IMG/VR virus record: IMGVR_UViG_3300037424_002814
Coordinates: 1 to 42,220 of that record
Source: a virus
Taxonomy: Duplodnaviria; Caudoviricetes
Reading direction: 5' to 3' (one strand)
Length of the DNA stretch: 42,220 nt
The notes under the pieces were generated by a model, which did no database searches, was not told where the DNA came from, and worked only from the letters and a program-made list of their open reading frames with translations. Below, piece by piece: positions 27,760 to 36,135 of this stretch (position 1 is the stretch's first letter; each line of letters starts with the position of its first letter). A program made the translations under genes and the position numbers.

Positions 27760-27990
27760 TTAGGAAGTTGCCGCCGGAGGCGCGGGGGGCGTATATATCC
27801 AGCCGAGTCCCCTGACAATCTGCTTGCCGACCCACAATGTAGCCGCCGGGCCGAACAGCATGCCCGCGAAAAAGGTTGCTATCGCGAGAAATGCTATGGC
27901 AAATATCTTGAACGATACGAAAAATAATATCGTCAAGACCATCGCTGCGATCAGCGCAACCCCCAAAATCTCCTTGATCTTCTTCAACAT
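27760..27990 (-). CDS. Small membrane protein
   Basis: 76 aa, almost entirely hydrophobic. Confidence 0.6.
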   Translation of the reverse strand: MLKKIKEILGVALIAAMVLTILFFVSFKIFAIAFLAIATFFAGMLFGPAATLWVGKQIVRGLGWIYTPPAPPAATS

Positions 27991-28019
27991 TTTCTTACCC
28001 TCGCTTTCTCACTCTCCAT

Positions 28020-28427
28020 TTAAATGGTTAAATCTTTCGGTTTAGCCGCCTTTTCTCCCCGGAGCGATTCTTCCAGCCACTTCCTCCACGCCTCCGGAGC
28101 TGCGGGATCCATCCACACGATCTTGCCGCAATCCTCGCCACAGCTTTCCATAAATGCCCATAGCCTGTACTCGATGGACGTAAACCCTACCGCGTCGCCG
28201 ACGATCTTGGTGGTTGGGTCGTCGATAAAGAACGCAATGATATCGGCAGTGCCGTCATGGTCGAGATCCATCCGCACCGGAGGAAAAGCCAGCGGCTTCC
28301 CCTCCCATTTTTCGGTGAATTGTTTGGCCTCCGGTGGCGCCTGTACGGTCGGCTGCCCCCATGCCGTCTTGGCAATTAGCAGCGCCATGAGGATCGCGAT
28401 TAATAGAGCCAACCTGCCTTTTACCAT
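28020..28427 (-). CDS. Exported protein
   Basis: Signal peptide ending AWG; DLDHDGTAD Ca-binding-like loop; GGAGG RBS. Confidence 0.6.
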   Translation of the reverse strand: MVKGRLALLIAILMALLIAKTAWGQPTVQAPPEAKQFTEKWEGKPLAFPPVRMDLDHDGTADIIAFFIDDPTTKIVGDAVGFTSIEYRLWAFMESCGEDCGKIVWMDPAAPEAWRKWLEESLRGEKAAKPKDLTI

Positions 28428-29200
28428 CCAAGACCTCCTCCCGCCTGCCCGTTATCTAATAGGGTCGCCCTTGCAGGCGGGAGGATCCCACTTCGCCTTC
28501 CCGGGCGAAGTGCGGACATACCTTCTAACCCTGACCAGTACCTTCCCGTCACATTCAACACGGCCTGCTTGCGATAGAGATACGTCTCGAGGAAGCGCTC
28601 CCAGGTCCACAGATCCTCCTGCTCCCACCACCTGGTGGGCGGGCGGCAGTTGTTATCGCGGAGATTGCCGAGCTCGCGAAAGCCGGGGCCATTGAGCTTG
28701 TAGAATTTATTGGATTCCAGGGTGAGCACCCGGCCGCTCGACTCCTCCACGTCCACCACAATAAATAAATGACCTCCCCCACCTCCCGCTTTTCCTAATT
28801 GTGGGGATCCCTCCGCAGGAGGGAAGCCGCCGACCCAACTCCTATAACCCTGCACCACGGTCCAGGGTAGAGGTACCTGGTCAGCATCATCAAGCTCGAC
28901 CGCCATGCCAGCCCAGCACAGGGCGGTGATGGGGGAGAACCAGTCTCCCTCGGCGAGGACCATCATCTGATTATGCTGGGCCAGGGACCAGGGGAATTCG
29001 CCGGGGTATATATCCAGCCAGGCCCGTACCAGCAGGGCCTCGACAAAAGTACAGCAGTCGTTTTGATAGGGTGGGGCGAGCGGCAGCTTGACCCCGGGCA
29101 AGGACCAGGGATAGCGCGGCGCCTGGTTATCGTACTTGAACGCCTCAAACGCCGGGATGCGCTCTACGATGGCCGATTCGGGGATATAAAGTGGATCCAC
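28421..29200 (-). CDS. Putative endolysin, CHAP/NlpC-like Cys-His peptidase
   Basis: DCCTFV, GHLFIVV, LTLESN; heads the lysis cassette. Confidence 0.55.
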   Translation of the reverse strand: MDPLYIPESAIVERIPAFEAFKYDNQAPRYPWSLPGVKLPLAPPYQNDCCTFVEALLVRAWLDIYPGEFPWSLAQHNQMMVLAEGDWFSPITALCWAGMAVELDDADQVPLPWTVVQGYRSWVGGFPPAEGSPQLGKAGGGGGHLFIVVDVEESSGRVLTLESNKFYKLNGPGFRELGNLRDNNCRPPTRWWEQEDLWTWERFLETYLYRKQAVLNVTGRYWSGLEGMSALRPGRRSGILPPARATLLDNGQAGGGLGW

Positions 29201-29209
29201 CGTGGTTCC

Positions 29210-29482
29210 CTATCCAGCCGGGGTGAAGTCGACATAATATTCCGTGCCCAGCTCGAATGCCTCGGCTGCCGCGAGGTTCGCACAGCCAAGTTCGATCTTC
29301 CCGGACGGGGTGGCCTGCCAAAATTTCGAGTTCTCGTCGGCTGGATCGAGACTTGCAACCGGAGACATGATGACCGTTCTCATCTCCCCCGGTTGCCACT
29401 TCACGGGACCACCCGGGCTGACCACCGGTACGGATCCGTTGATCCGCCGGATCTCATCCACTCGGAACTTTGCTCTTACCAC
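29210..29482 (-). CDS. Phage hypothetical protein, first late gene
   Basis: MVRAKF...ENSKFWQATPSG...EYYVDFTPA; AGGAGG RBS. Confidence 0.75.
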   Translation of the reverse strand: MVRAKFRVDEIRRINGSVPVVSPGGPVKWQPGEMRTVIMSPVASLDPADENSKFWQATPSGKIELGCANLAAAEAFELGTEYYVDFTPAG

Positions 29483-29505
29483 GTATGCCTCCTTTGCTGG
29501 GGTAG

Positions 29506-29552
29506 AAAAACAAAAAGGCCCATCCTGCCACGTTATGTGACAAGGATGGGCC
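29506..29552 (-). terminator. Intrinsic terminator in late leader
   Basis: GGCCCATCCT...AGGATGGGCC stem followed by TTTTTGTTTTT. Confidence 0.8.
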
Positions 29553-29655
29553 GCTTGGGCCGCTCTTATGGGCCTCCCCCACCTTCATTTTTCGATAGTG
29601 GGGACCCCGCAAAGTGGGGGGTGGCCGCTCTATGTAACTTGTTTATATCATGGCA

Positions 29656-29901
29656 CTATGTTTTCGGGTTGTCAACACTAATTATAGTCTTGAAATAATT
29701 CCATGCCTTGCAAGAATGACAGCGTTTTCGGTAAGTGAGACCGTCGGTTTCGCCCAAGACCTTCCCACACCCCATACAGCGATACTCTCGCAAGTCTTCT
29801 TCTCTCGCCGCCTGTTCAAAAGGGGATACCTTGCAGGCGGTGTGACCCCGCGACGATTTCTCCATCGGAGTGGGGCGGGCTACCATTGCCTTGCTCCACA
29901 A
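29656..29901 (-). CDS. Com-like zinc-finger regulator
   Basis: EYRCMGCGKVL...RKRCHSCKAWN matches the RCxxCxKLL...RCxxCK pattern of Mu Com; start uncertain. Confidence 0.7.
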   Translation of the reverse strand: MWSKAMVARPTPMEKSSRGHTACKVSPFEQAAREEDLREYRCMGCGKVLGETDGLTYRKRCHSCKAWNYFKTIISVDNPKT

Positions 29902-30332
29902 TATGATGCCCTTTGCAGGTCCTCATATACCTCTTTGAGCTGCTCGATAGTGAGCTGCTCCAGGTCTGTTTTGCTTTGGTATTTAAACAGCCGCCGCCGC
30001 AGGGCCAGTGCTTCGTTGTTGGCCCGGCTGATCTGATGCCAAAGCCTTTTGATCAGGCGGACATAAACGTCAGCCCTCTCCCCGCCCGACATAATAGGGG
30101 AACCCTCACGGGCGGGGTGACCCCGCGACGGCTTTCTCGCCGGAGTGCGGGCGCTTACCCGGAATCCCCGCTTCTCAAATTCCCGGATAACCACCCGCAT
30201 CTCCACCGGGTTAAAGTCGGCAGCTGAGCGCTTGCCTGTGTGCGCCTCCAAAAAGCCGCGGTATCTCTCTTCGTCCATCCCCTGCTCCTTGGCAGCTATG
30301 TGCACGATGGCAAGACCGGTGTTACGGTTCAA
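29880..30332 (-). CDS. gemA: GemA/gp16-like regulator (DUF1018), copy 1
   Basis: VHIAAKEQGMDEERYR...TGKRSA...RGF; IKRLW. Confidence 0.85.
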   Translation of the reverse strand: MNRNTGLAIVHIAAKEQGMDEERYRGFLEAHTGKRSAADFNPVEMRVVIREFEKRGFRVSARTPARKPSRGHPAREGSPIMSGGERADVYVRLIKRLWHQISRANNEALALRRRLFKYQSKTDLEQLTIEQLKEVYEDLQRASYCGARQW

Positions 30333-30522
30333 TTTTCAATTCCTTCCCACACCAAGGGCAAAACTTGAATGGTTTCCCTTTATAACGATAGCCTTGCCAC
30401 AGCGCACGACTTAATGGAAACTGGAGGTCCGGGACGTTTTTATTCCACCTCCTGCACCTACAAATCCCCGCAGCTACGCTTAAATATGATTTCTTTCTTA
30501 TAAGGTTTTTAATCTTGCCCAC
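30322..30522 (-). CDS. Small protein ending in FCPWCG zinc knuckle
   Basis: CRC...FKFCPWCGKEL; likely GTG start at 30522. Confidence 0.55.
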   Translation of the reverse strand: MGKIKNLIRKKSYLSVAAGICRCRRWNKNVPDLQFPLSRALWQGYRYKGKPFKFCPWCGKELKIEP

Positions 30523-31091
30523 TCGGTCATCACCTTCCTCGCGAAGTCGATACTTTCCAGCTTGGGGTCCCTGGGGTCGCTGCCATTGTAGCGGTAGAGT
30601 GCGCTGATCCCATTGCCCCGGCTCTTTTTGAGGCACTTGGCGTAAACCCCCGTACCCTTCTCAATATTCAAGATCGGCTCGTGGGGATCCTCCCCGGGCT
30701 CCAAATGCACCGGCATCAGCTGCATCAAGCCCTTTGCCCCCTTCGGAGAGATAGCATTGGTGTCGCGCGCTGATTCCACCACGATGATGGCCTCGACCAG
30801 CAGGGGATCAAGGTGCAGCTCGCGGGCCCGTTGAAAGATCTTCGCCACAATCATTGAGGCCGCTGCCGGCTCCCAGCCGGCGCGCTCGAACCTGATTGCC
30901 ATCGCCTGCATCTGCCGAAGCGGCGCCACCGCGCCCACCAGCAGCTCAAGGCGCTCCTGGCGCGCAGCCAGCCGGTCCACCTGAAAGCTAAAAATAGCCA
31001 CAGCCGCCACAAAGCCAGCCGCCCAAAATCCTACGGCGTACAATACCGAATCTTGCCAAGGGATCTTTCTGCGCCTCATGTGGCTCTCCAC
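30498..31091 (-). CDS. Lytic transglycosylase (SLT domain) with N-terminal TM
   Basis: AIIVVES catalytic Glu, AISPKGAKGLMQLMP, NIEKG, ALYRYNG. Confidence 0.92.
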   Translation of the reverse strand: MESHMRRRKIPWQDSVLYAVGFWAAGFVAAVAIFSFQVDRLAARQERLELLVGAVAPLRQMQAMAIRFERAGWEPAAASMIVAKIFQRARELHLDPLLVEAIIVVESARDTNAISPKGAKGLMQLMPVHLEPGEDPHEPILNIEKGTGVYAKCLKKSRGNGISALYRYNGSDPRDPKLESIDFARKVMTEWARLKTL

Positions 31092-31131
31092 CCTTTCTCT
31101 ATATAGCAGTCACCCCGCGAAGCGCGGGGGC

Positions 31132-31452
31132 TCAATTCCACCGCGCCCCGCGGGAGCGGAGTAATTGAATGATTTTGGGTGCAACTATGCGCCGACGGGA
31201 TAGATAGCCCCGGCTCACCGACTTCCTCCGGTGGAATAACCGCTTGAAATCAAACGTCCTGCCGATCCATTCATAGAGCAGCCAGCAGGGAAGAGTCCAT
31301 GCGCCGAGGATAATAAGCACCACAGGCGGTGCAATCATTACCAGGTACCGTTCCTCCAGCCAGCGGAGGAGTTCCAGCATGGGCCAACACCACAAGGCCC
31401 CAAATATCATGCGTCGGATGGCATCACGCATTTTGCCTCTTGTCGCCCCCAC
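31132..31452 (-). CDS. Hypothetical membrane protein
   Basis: Two hydrophobic segments, basic tail. Confidence 0.5.
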   Translation of the reverse strand: MGATRGKMRDAIRRMIFGALWCWPMLELLRWLEERYLVMIAPPVVLIILGAWTLPCWLLYEWIGRTFDFKRLFHRRKSVSRGYLSRRRIVAPKIIQLLRSRGARWN

Positions 31453-31666
31453 TTCGCGGGGTCACGTCTTTTATAATTTTATGCGGAAAGGTGCGAGATT
31501 TCTTTGCCGCCTGATACTCCGCCCGGAGGCCGGTACAGCGGAATGTCCCCGTGGGGATCTTCTTCTCGAGAAACATGAAAAATCCGCTGGCCTGGTAAGT
31601 GCGCGCCCGTTGCGATTGGTCACCATAGACTTCGCGTCTTAATTTCTTTGCCTTTGAACCGTTCAT
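31424..31666 (-). CDS. Small basic hypothetical protein
   Basis: MNGSKAKKLRR; GAGGTG RBS. Confidence 0.65.
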   Translation of the reverse strand: MNGSKAKKLRREVYGDQSQRARTYQASGFFMFLEKKIPTGTFRCTGLRAEYQAAKKSRTFPHKIIKDVTPRSGGDKRQNA

Positions 31667-31768
31667 CGGTCACCTCTCTCCCACCAAAATGTAAAAACAT
31701 AACTAAGGAGACCCCACGAGCCCGTCAGCCCTGCTGGCGAGGCGCAGTGCGGGCATTCCTTGCTGTGA

Positions 31769-32281
31769 TCAGGCTACTAATTTTTTATCTTTTATCGCTT
31801 CCTCTTTGAGCTTATACCCAAAGACGTCCTCGACATCCCGCCTTGCTTTGATAGCCTTGAGCTCCGCGTCGGTCCAGTTCTCCAGCTCCTCCTTGTCCAC
31901 CGTTTTCTTGACGTTGATGGCCTCGTCATAGCGGCCCTCGATGAGCAATCCAAGAGTGGCCTTGGTGATGGCGATCTTGGTGCTCACGCGGTAGGAGATC
32001 TCGCCGTAGTCGAGCTTGCGGGTCTTGCCCTTCTTGCCGAAGATCGCCTCGCGGTTCGTCTCGGCGTAAACCTTCATCCCGCCCTCGAGCGCCTGGATCT
32101 GCGCCATCAACGGCGCGATCTGAACCTCGGTTTCGGCGGTGATGCGGGCGAACTCCGCGTTTATCTTGTCGTTCATCCGCCGGATCCGGCGCTGAAAATC
32201 CCCAATCTGCATCAACGCCCCATTGACATCTGCAAGGTCCTTCATCGCTACTACTGCCGCTGTTGGTTTAGTTCTGCCCAT
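31769..32281 (-). CDS. gam: Host-nuclease inhibitor Gam
   Basis: Long N-terminal helix, KTRKLDYGEISYRVS, VDKEEL. Confidence 0.85.
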   Translation of the reverse strand: MGRTKPTAAVVAMKDLADVNGALMQIGDFQRRIRRMNDKINAEFARITAETEVQIAPLMAQIQALEGGMKVYAETNREAIFGKKGKTRKLDYGEISYRVSTKIAITKATLGLLIEGRYDEAINVKKTVDKEELENWTDAELKAIKARRDVEDVFGYKLKEEAIKDKKLVA

Positions 32282-32333
32282 CCTTAAGCTCCTTCCTATA
32301 GCGGGCACCCCGCGATAGTGGGGGTGGCCATAT

Positions 32334-32543
32334 TTAAAATCCTAATAATGAATAATTCCTCCGCACGTTCTTGATATGCTCTGCCGAGCACATGTCCGCT
32401 ATCTTATCGTCCAGCTCGTTCAGATACTTCATGAAGCACGCGTGGGCCCGCCGCCACTGCGGGATTATCCCCTGGCCGCATTTCGGACACCGGACGGAGT
32501 GATTGCCGTTATAATCCTGCTTTTCTAAGGCCGTTGAGGTCAT
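32334..32543 (-). CDS. Small zinc-finger protein
   Basis: CPKC...HAC; AAGGAG RBS. Confidence 0.55.
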   Translation of the reverse strand: MTSTALEKQDYNGNHSVRCPKCGQGIIPQWRRAHACFMKYLNELDDKIADMCSAEHIKNVRRNYSLLGF

Positions 32544-32922
32544 TTTGCTCCTTTAGAGATTCCCGAAGCGGGGAGGTTATCTCCTCAAAGCTAAGCTGAT
32601 TAAGTACTTCTCCCATCGGTATCTTTTTAAGCTTACTAATGACTTGCAGCTGAGAAAGGGCATAACCCTTAAAATAATTGCACACTCCCTCGATTTCCTC
32701 TTGGGTCACGGCCCAAAAATACCCATGAGAGCAGGATCCGATAGGGCAACCATGCTTGATAATGAGATGCTTGATAATCCGTCGAAGATGTCGATCGTCA
32801 TATTCCCGGAAAATAGTGCACAGCTCGGCCCTGGGCAGGGCATGGTCTTTGCCTGGGTGTATCTTCTCAAACATCTCCCTGAGCTGCTGCTCGATTTTCT
32901 CTCGATCTGGTATGTTGGCCAT
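32509..32922 (-). CDS. Winged-helix DNA-binding protein
   Basis: DRHLRRIIKHL...GCPIGS..GYFWA. Confidence 0.7.
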   Translation of the reverse strand: MANIPDREKIEQQLREMFEKIHPGKDHALPRAELCTIFREYDDRHLRRIIKHLIIKHGCPIGSCSHGYFWAVTQEEIEGVCNYFKGYALSQLQVISKLKKIPMGEVLNQLSFEEITSPLRESLKEQNDLNGLRKAGL

Positions 32923-33333
32923 TTAATCCATCTCCGAAATATCTTTGGCGGTGATTTCTATACAATTGATCTCCGCCATACAGTCGGTCAAAAAAATGTG
33001 TACCCACGGATAATTTATCCGGGGGCATATCCCGCGCACCAAGACATTGCCGTGTTCGTCGCGATATTTCCAGGCTGGGATGTTAAATTGATCATATCCC
33101 CACCCATCCTTCAATTCGCGAAAAATACACATCTTCATTTGCCTATATGCCCCAAGTCGATTAAACCCCGTCGGCATGCCGAGAAAAACAGGGCCGATGT
33201 TGCTGATTATCGTACCCGCAACATGCTTGTCGCAGGCCTCATTATCGCCTTTTTGATAACATTCGATATTGTGCCCGCCGACACACCCGGGACACTGATA
33301 AAATTCTACGGCTTTTTTGATTATCTCATCCAT
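32923..33333 (-). CDS. Cys-containing hypothetical protein
   Basis: YQCPGCVGG...CDKH; GGAG RBS. Confidence 0.65.
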   Translation of the reverse strand: MDEIIKKAVEFYQCPGCVGGHNIECYQKGDNEACDKHVAGTIISNIGPVFLGMPTGFNRLGAYRQMKMCIFRELKDGWGYDQFNIPAWKYRDEHGNVLVRGICPRINYPWVHIFLTDCMAEINCIEITAKDISEMD

Positions 33334-33385
33334 TCTTTCTCCCTAGACTCCCGCGCCCGTCCGTGTGGGCGGGCGCGGGATCTCG

Positions 33386-33661
33386 CTAGGCATTCAAATC
33401 TGCCGTGAAGCTCTTGCTCGCCTTAAGGACGAGCTTCTTCCGCGCGGGGATCTTGATCGCATCCCCGGTCTGGGGGTTGCGCCCTGTGCGCGCTTTGCGC
33501 CGCACGACCTTGAAGGTGCCGAGCCCGGAGATCTTGACTTCCTTCCCCTTGCCCAGCGCCTCGCGGACGAGGCGAAACACTGCGTTTACCACGACATCCG
33601 CCTCGGATTCGCGGCACCCCATCTCCTTGCTGTACTTCTCTACCAATTCCGCCTTGTTCAT
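33386..33661 (-). CDS. HU family DNA-binding protein
   Basis: MNKAELVE, ISGLGTF, ARTGRNPQTG. Confidence 0.95.
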   Translation of the reverse strand: MNKAELVEKYSKEMGCRESEADVVVNAVFRLVREALGKGKEVKISGLGTFKVVRRKARTGRNPQTGDAIKIPARKKLVLKASKSFTADLNA

Positions 33662-33809
33662 TTCTAATACCTCTCTTTCACCCTAGTGTGAAAAATCTAA
33701 CCGAAATGATCCCACGAGTGGCCCCATGCCACGAGTGTGGACTATACCTTTTGGTATATTACTTGCGGTCATATCCCATGCCTCCCGCCGGCAGCAGTGC
33801 GGACATACC

Positions 33810-34001
33810 TTACCGATTCCTTCTCCTCGACTTCCTCGCCATCCGATTCTTTTTCTTCCGTTCCCTGCGATGCTTTCGCTCCGCCGCCGAAGGCCGTTCA
33901 ACTTTCTCGCGGCGCTTGGGTGACCGCAAGAATTCTTTGGCTAGATCCTCAAGCGTTGGGGGAAATTCTATATCAGGCTTTTTTGGATCGGGCACCCACA
34001 T
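33810..34001 (-). CDS. Small basic hypothetical protein
   Basis: 63 aa ending KKNRMARKSRRRNR. Confidence 0.5.
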   Translation of the reverse strand: MWVPDPKKPDIEFPPTLEDLAKEFLRSPKRREKVERPSAAERKHRRERKKKNRMARKSRRRNR

Positions 34002-34140
34002 TCCCTTTCTCTTGGCCTCGGTCGAGATACCGCCGGTATTCGCTCTTGCTGCAATACTGCCACCCCTGCTTCACCAGCGCCGCCGCCTTCTCGTCGCTGA
34101 CCCGCCGGACCTCTTTATCTTTCCTCACGCACTTCGCCAT
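33973..34140 (-). CDS. Small hypothetical protein (55 aa, not in ORF track)
   Basis: Manual translation MAKCVRKDKEVRRVSDEKAAALVKQGWQYCSKSEY...; GAGG RBS. Confidence 0.6.
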   Translation of the reverse strand: MAKCVRKDKEVRRVSDEKAAALVKQGWQYCSKSEYRRYLDRGQEKGNVGARSKKA

Positions 34141-34144
34141 TGGG

Positions 34145-34270
34145 TTACCTCAATATCTCCGTCGCCAACATCGCCGCCATGCCCAAAAAGGCATAGACGA
34201 CAGCAAAGATCGCGAACCCCAGGCCGATCCCGTACAATACATAACCGAAAACCGAATATGCCCGTCTCAT
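34145..34270 (-). CDS. Single-TM peptide (41 aa, not in ORF track)
   Basis: MRRAYSVFGYVLYGIGLGFAIFAVVYAFLGMAAMLATEILR. Confidence 0.5.
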   Translation of the reverse strand: MRRAYSVFGYVLYGIGLGFAIFAVVYAFLGMAAMLATEILR

Positions 34271-34291
34271 TATCCCCTACCTTTCTCTACC

Positions 34292-34327
34292 CCTAATTGT
34301 GGGGACCCCGCGAAGTGCGGGTCACCA
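34292..34327. repeat. Dispersed short palindrome family B, example copy
   Basis: CYAATTGTGNNGACCCCGC-loop-GYGGGG; related copies near 21933, 28794, 29594, 29839, 30091, 31108, 31445, 32302, 35029. Confidence 0.7.
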
Positions 34328-34594
34328 CATTTCCTTCCTGGGTCTGAAAAGCAGACCGTCTTTCGTTTGCTCCGCATCGAAGTGCCCGCAGTTCTTAATG
34401 ATCCGCTCGAATGGCACCGGCAGCGGCAGTTGCTGAAGTGATTCAAAACCGAACCGCTGCGGATACCGGCAAAGCTGCTGGTAAACGAACCCGCAGGTAA
34501 GCCAGCATTCCTCCTGCCCATCGAACACCTTCCGTGCCGCCCCGATCATCTGCTGCGGCGTCAGACTAAGTTTCTCCTCCACCTTGCCACTCAT
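34322..34594 (-). CDS. Hypothetical protein
   Basis: 90 aa ORF in early operon. Confidence 0.55.
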   Translation of the reverse strand: MSGKVEEKLSLTPQQMIGAARKVFDGQEECWLTCGFVYQQLCRYPQRFGFESLQQLPLPVPFERIIKNCGHFDAEQTKDGLLFRPRKEMW

Positions 34595-34727
34595 TTTGCC
34601 CCGATCCCCCGACCCACCATAATGTCAAAAATCTAATTGAGGCCGTCCCACGAGCCGCCCCAATGGCGGCGCAGTGTGGATATACCTTGCGCGAAGCGTG
34701 GGTCCATCCTTCGCGTGGGCAGCCCCC

Positions 34728-34838
34728 CTACCCCTGAATCAAATACACCATGAGTTTGATCGCGATCACAATCCCCCAGAGCGCCAACCCGATGCATCCG
34801 ACGAATACGAATGATCTTTCCGGCTCGACTAAGCTCAT
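34728..34838 (-). CDS. Single-TM peptide (36 aa, not in ORF track)
   Basis: MSLVEPERSFVFVGCIGLALWGIVIAIKLMVYLIQG; TGATG coupling to upstream gene. Confidence 0.45.
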   Translation of the reverse strand: MSLVEPERSFVFVGCIGLALWGIVIAIKLMVYLIQG

Positions 34839-35206
34839 CAGTTATTTTCTCCCATCATTTTACTGATATCGGCAAAGGGAATGCTGGTAAGGGCGTGAAT
34901 TCTGGCGATCCGTTGATGCCACCCCATCCCCTCGGTCTTCGCCAGGATCTCCGGGGAGATGGAGACGGTAACTTTACCGTCTATGCGGCTTGCCGCATAA
35001 ACGAGTTTTCTGCCACCTTCCGTTTTCTCCAATTGTGCTGACCCCGCGCCAGCAGGGGGGACCACGCCATCGATGCGGCTGGCCACATAGACGAGCTCCG
35101 ATTCCTTTATCGTCTCCCCCGCGCTAAAAGTGCTGATCCCGGAACCGCGTCGGCGACGCCGGCCCGGATATTTTTTCCTCCCTGCCATTCGATCATATCG
35201 ACTCAT
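34838..35206 (-). CDS. Hypothetical protein with internal duplication
   Basis: LVYxASRIDG occurs twice; GAGG RBS at ATG 35206. Confidence 0.5.
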   Translation of the reverse strand: MSRYDRMAGRKKYPGRRRRRGSGISTFSAGETIKESELVYVASRIDGVVPPAGAGSAQLEKTEGGRKLVYAASRIDGKVTVSISPEILAKTEGMGWHQRIARIHALTSIPFADISKMMGENN

Positions 35207-35400
35207 GATGACCTCTCTTCCTCCTGCGCATTGTGGCATTCTGAATTGCAGCGTCCGATCCGCCGGCATCCCCTGCAGCATTTACGCGGCGGGCAATTGC
35301 TCACGATCTTCTCTCCTCCTCGGGGAGTATCCAGAAAGGCCCACAGGTGGGCGCACACCCCCTCCTCGCTTTTCGTCATCTGATCGCAACTCCTGCCCAT
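35203..35400 (-). CDS. Small Cys-rich hypothetical protein
   Basis: 65 aa, coupled to neighbours. Confidence 0.45.
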   Translation of the reverse strand: MGRSCDQMTKSEEGVCAHLWAFLDTPRGGEKIVSNCPPRKCCRGCRRIGRCNSECHNAQEEERSS

Positions 35401-35402
35401 TC

Positions 35403-35642
35403 TTACTTCCTGCCGCCGCTATTAAGGGCGGCCTTCAAGGCCTTCTTCCCCTTGGCAGTGATCATCGCGCCGAAGTAAGGCTCCCGGTTCGTCCCATCAC
35501 CATACTTGCCCATTGCCGCGCCAATGGTCACAAGCCCTTCTTCCTGACAGTCGCGCAGGAGCATTGCCGTCGAAAGGCTAAAGATATCGCCCCCGTTTCG
35601 CACGGCCCACAAAGCATTTTCATGTTCTGCCGTCAGTTCCAT
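35403..35642 (-). CDS. Small wHTH-like protein
   Basis: MELTAEH...GLVT...ITAKGKKAL; GAGGTG RBS. Confidence 0.65.
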   Translation of the reverse strand: MELTAEHENALWAVRNGGDIFSLSTAMLLRDCQEEGLVTIGAAMGKYGDGTNREPYFGAMITAKGKKALKAALNSGGRK

Positions 35643-35670
35643 ATTTCACCTCTCCTCCACCTTCTGCTTT

Positions 35671-36135
35671 CTATGTTTGAGGACCCTGCGTCAGCACGGG
35701 CTGCCTTTTAATCTTCTCCATCACCGCTACTAGGCGGGTGAGCTTTTTATAGTCCTGGCACCACCCCACCTGGTCCACCCCCAGAATGGTCTTGCACAGA
35801 CCGGGCAGCCGGGTCTTCCCGTCGGGGATCTCCCACGCGAGCTCCCAGATCCGCTCCTGCAGGGCCGCGATCTGCGAGGGGCCGTGCTTCTTCTTGTACT
35901 TCGGCACCCAGCCGTGCTCGTCAATAAAAACTGCGACCATTTTTTCCATCTCACCGATGGAAAGGGCGGTGGAAGTCTCCACCCCGAAGCGCTCGCGCAG
36001 GATGTCGCGGTAGATCAGATCCGGCATCTTTGCCTGCGCCTTCGCCACCTGGATTTTGGCCAGCAATCCGCGCCTTTGCCCGGTAACGCTGCGAGAATCG
36101 GGGGGCATTTTATGTTGTCCGCTGACGAGTTTCAT
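35671..36135 (-). CDS. gemA: GemA/gp16-like regulator (DUF1018), copy 2
   Basis: RRGLLAKIQVAK...YRDIL...FGVETS..LS...GW. Confidence 0.8.
   Translation of the reverse strand: MKLVSGQHKMPPDSRSVTGQRRGLLAKIQVAKAQAKMPDLIYRDILRERFGVETSTALSIGEMEKMVAVFIDEHGWVPKYKKKHGPSQIAALQERIWELAWEIPDGKTRLPGLCKTILGVDQVGWCQDYKKLTRLVAVMEKIKRQPVLTQGPQT

Noticed and set aside
14330-34684. Family A repeats as integron attC sites or tRNAs
   Set aside because: No RYYYAAC/GTTRRRY boxes, no integron integrase, no cloverleaf
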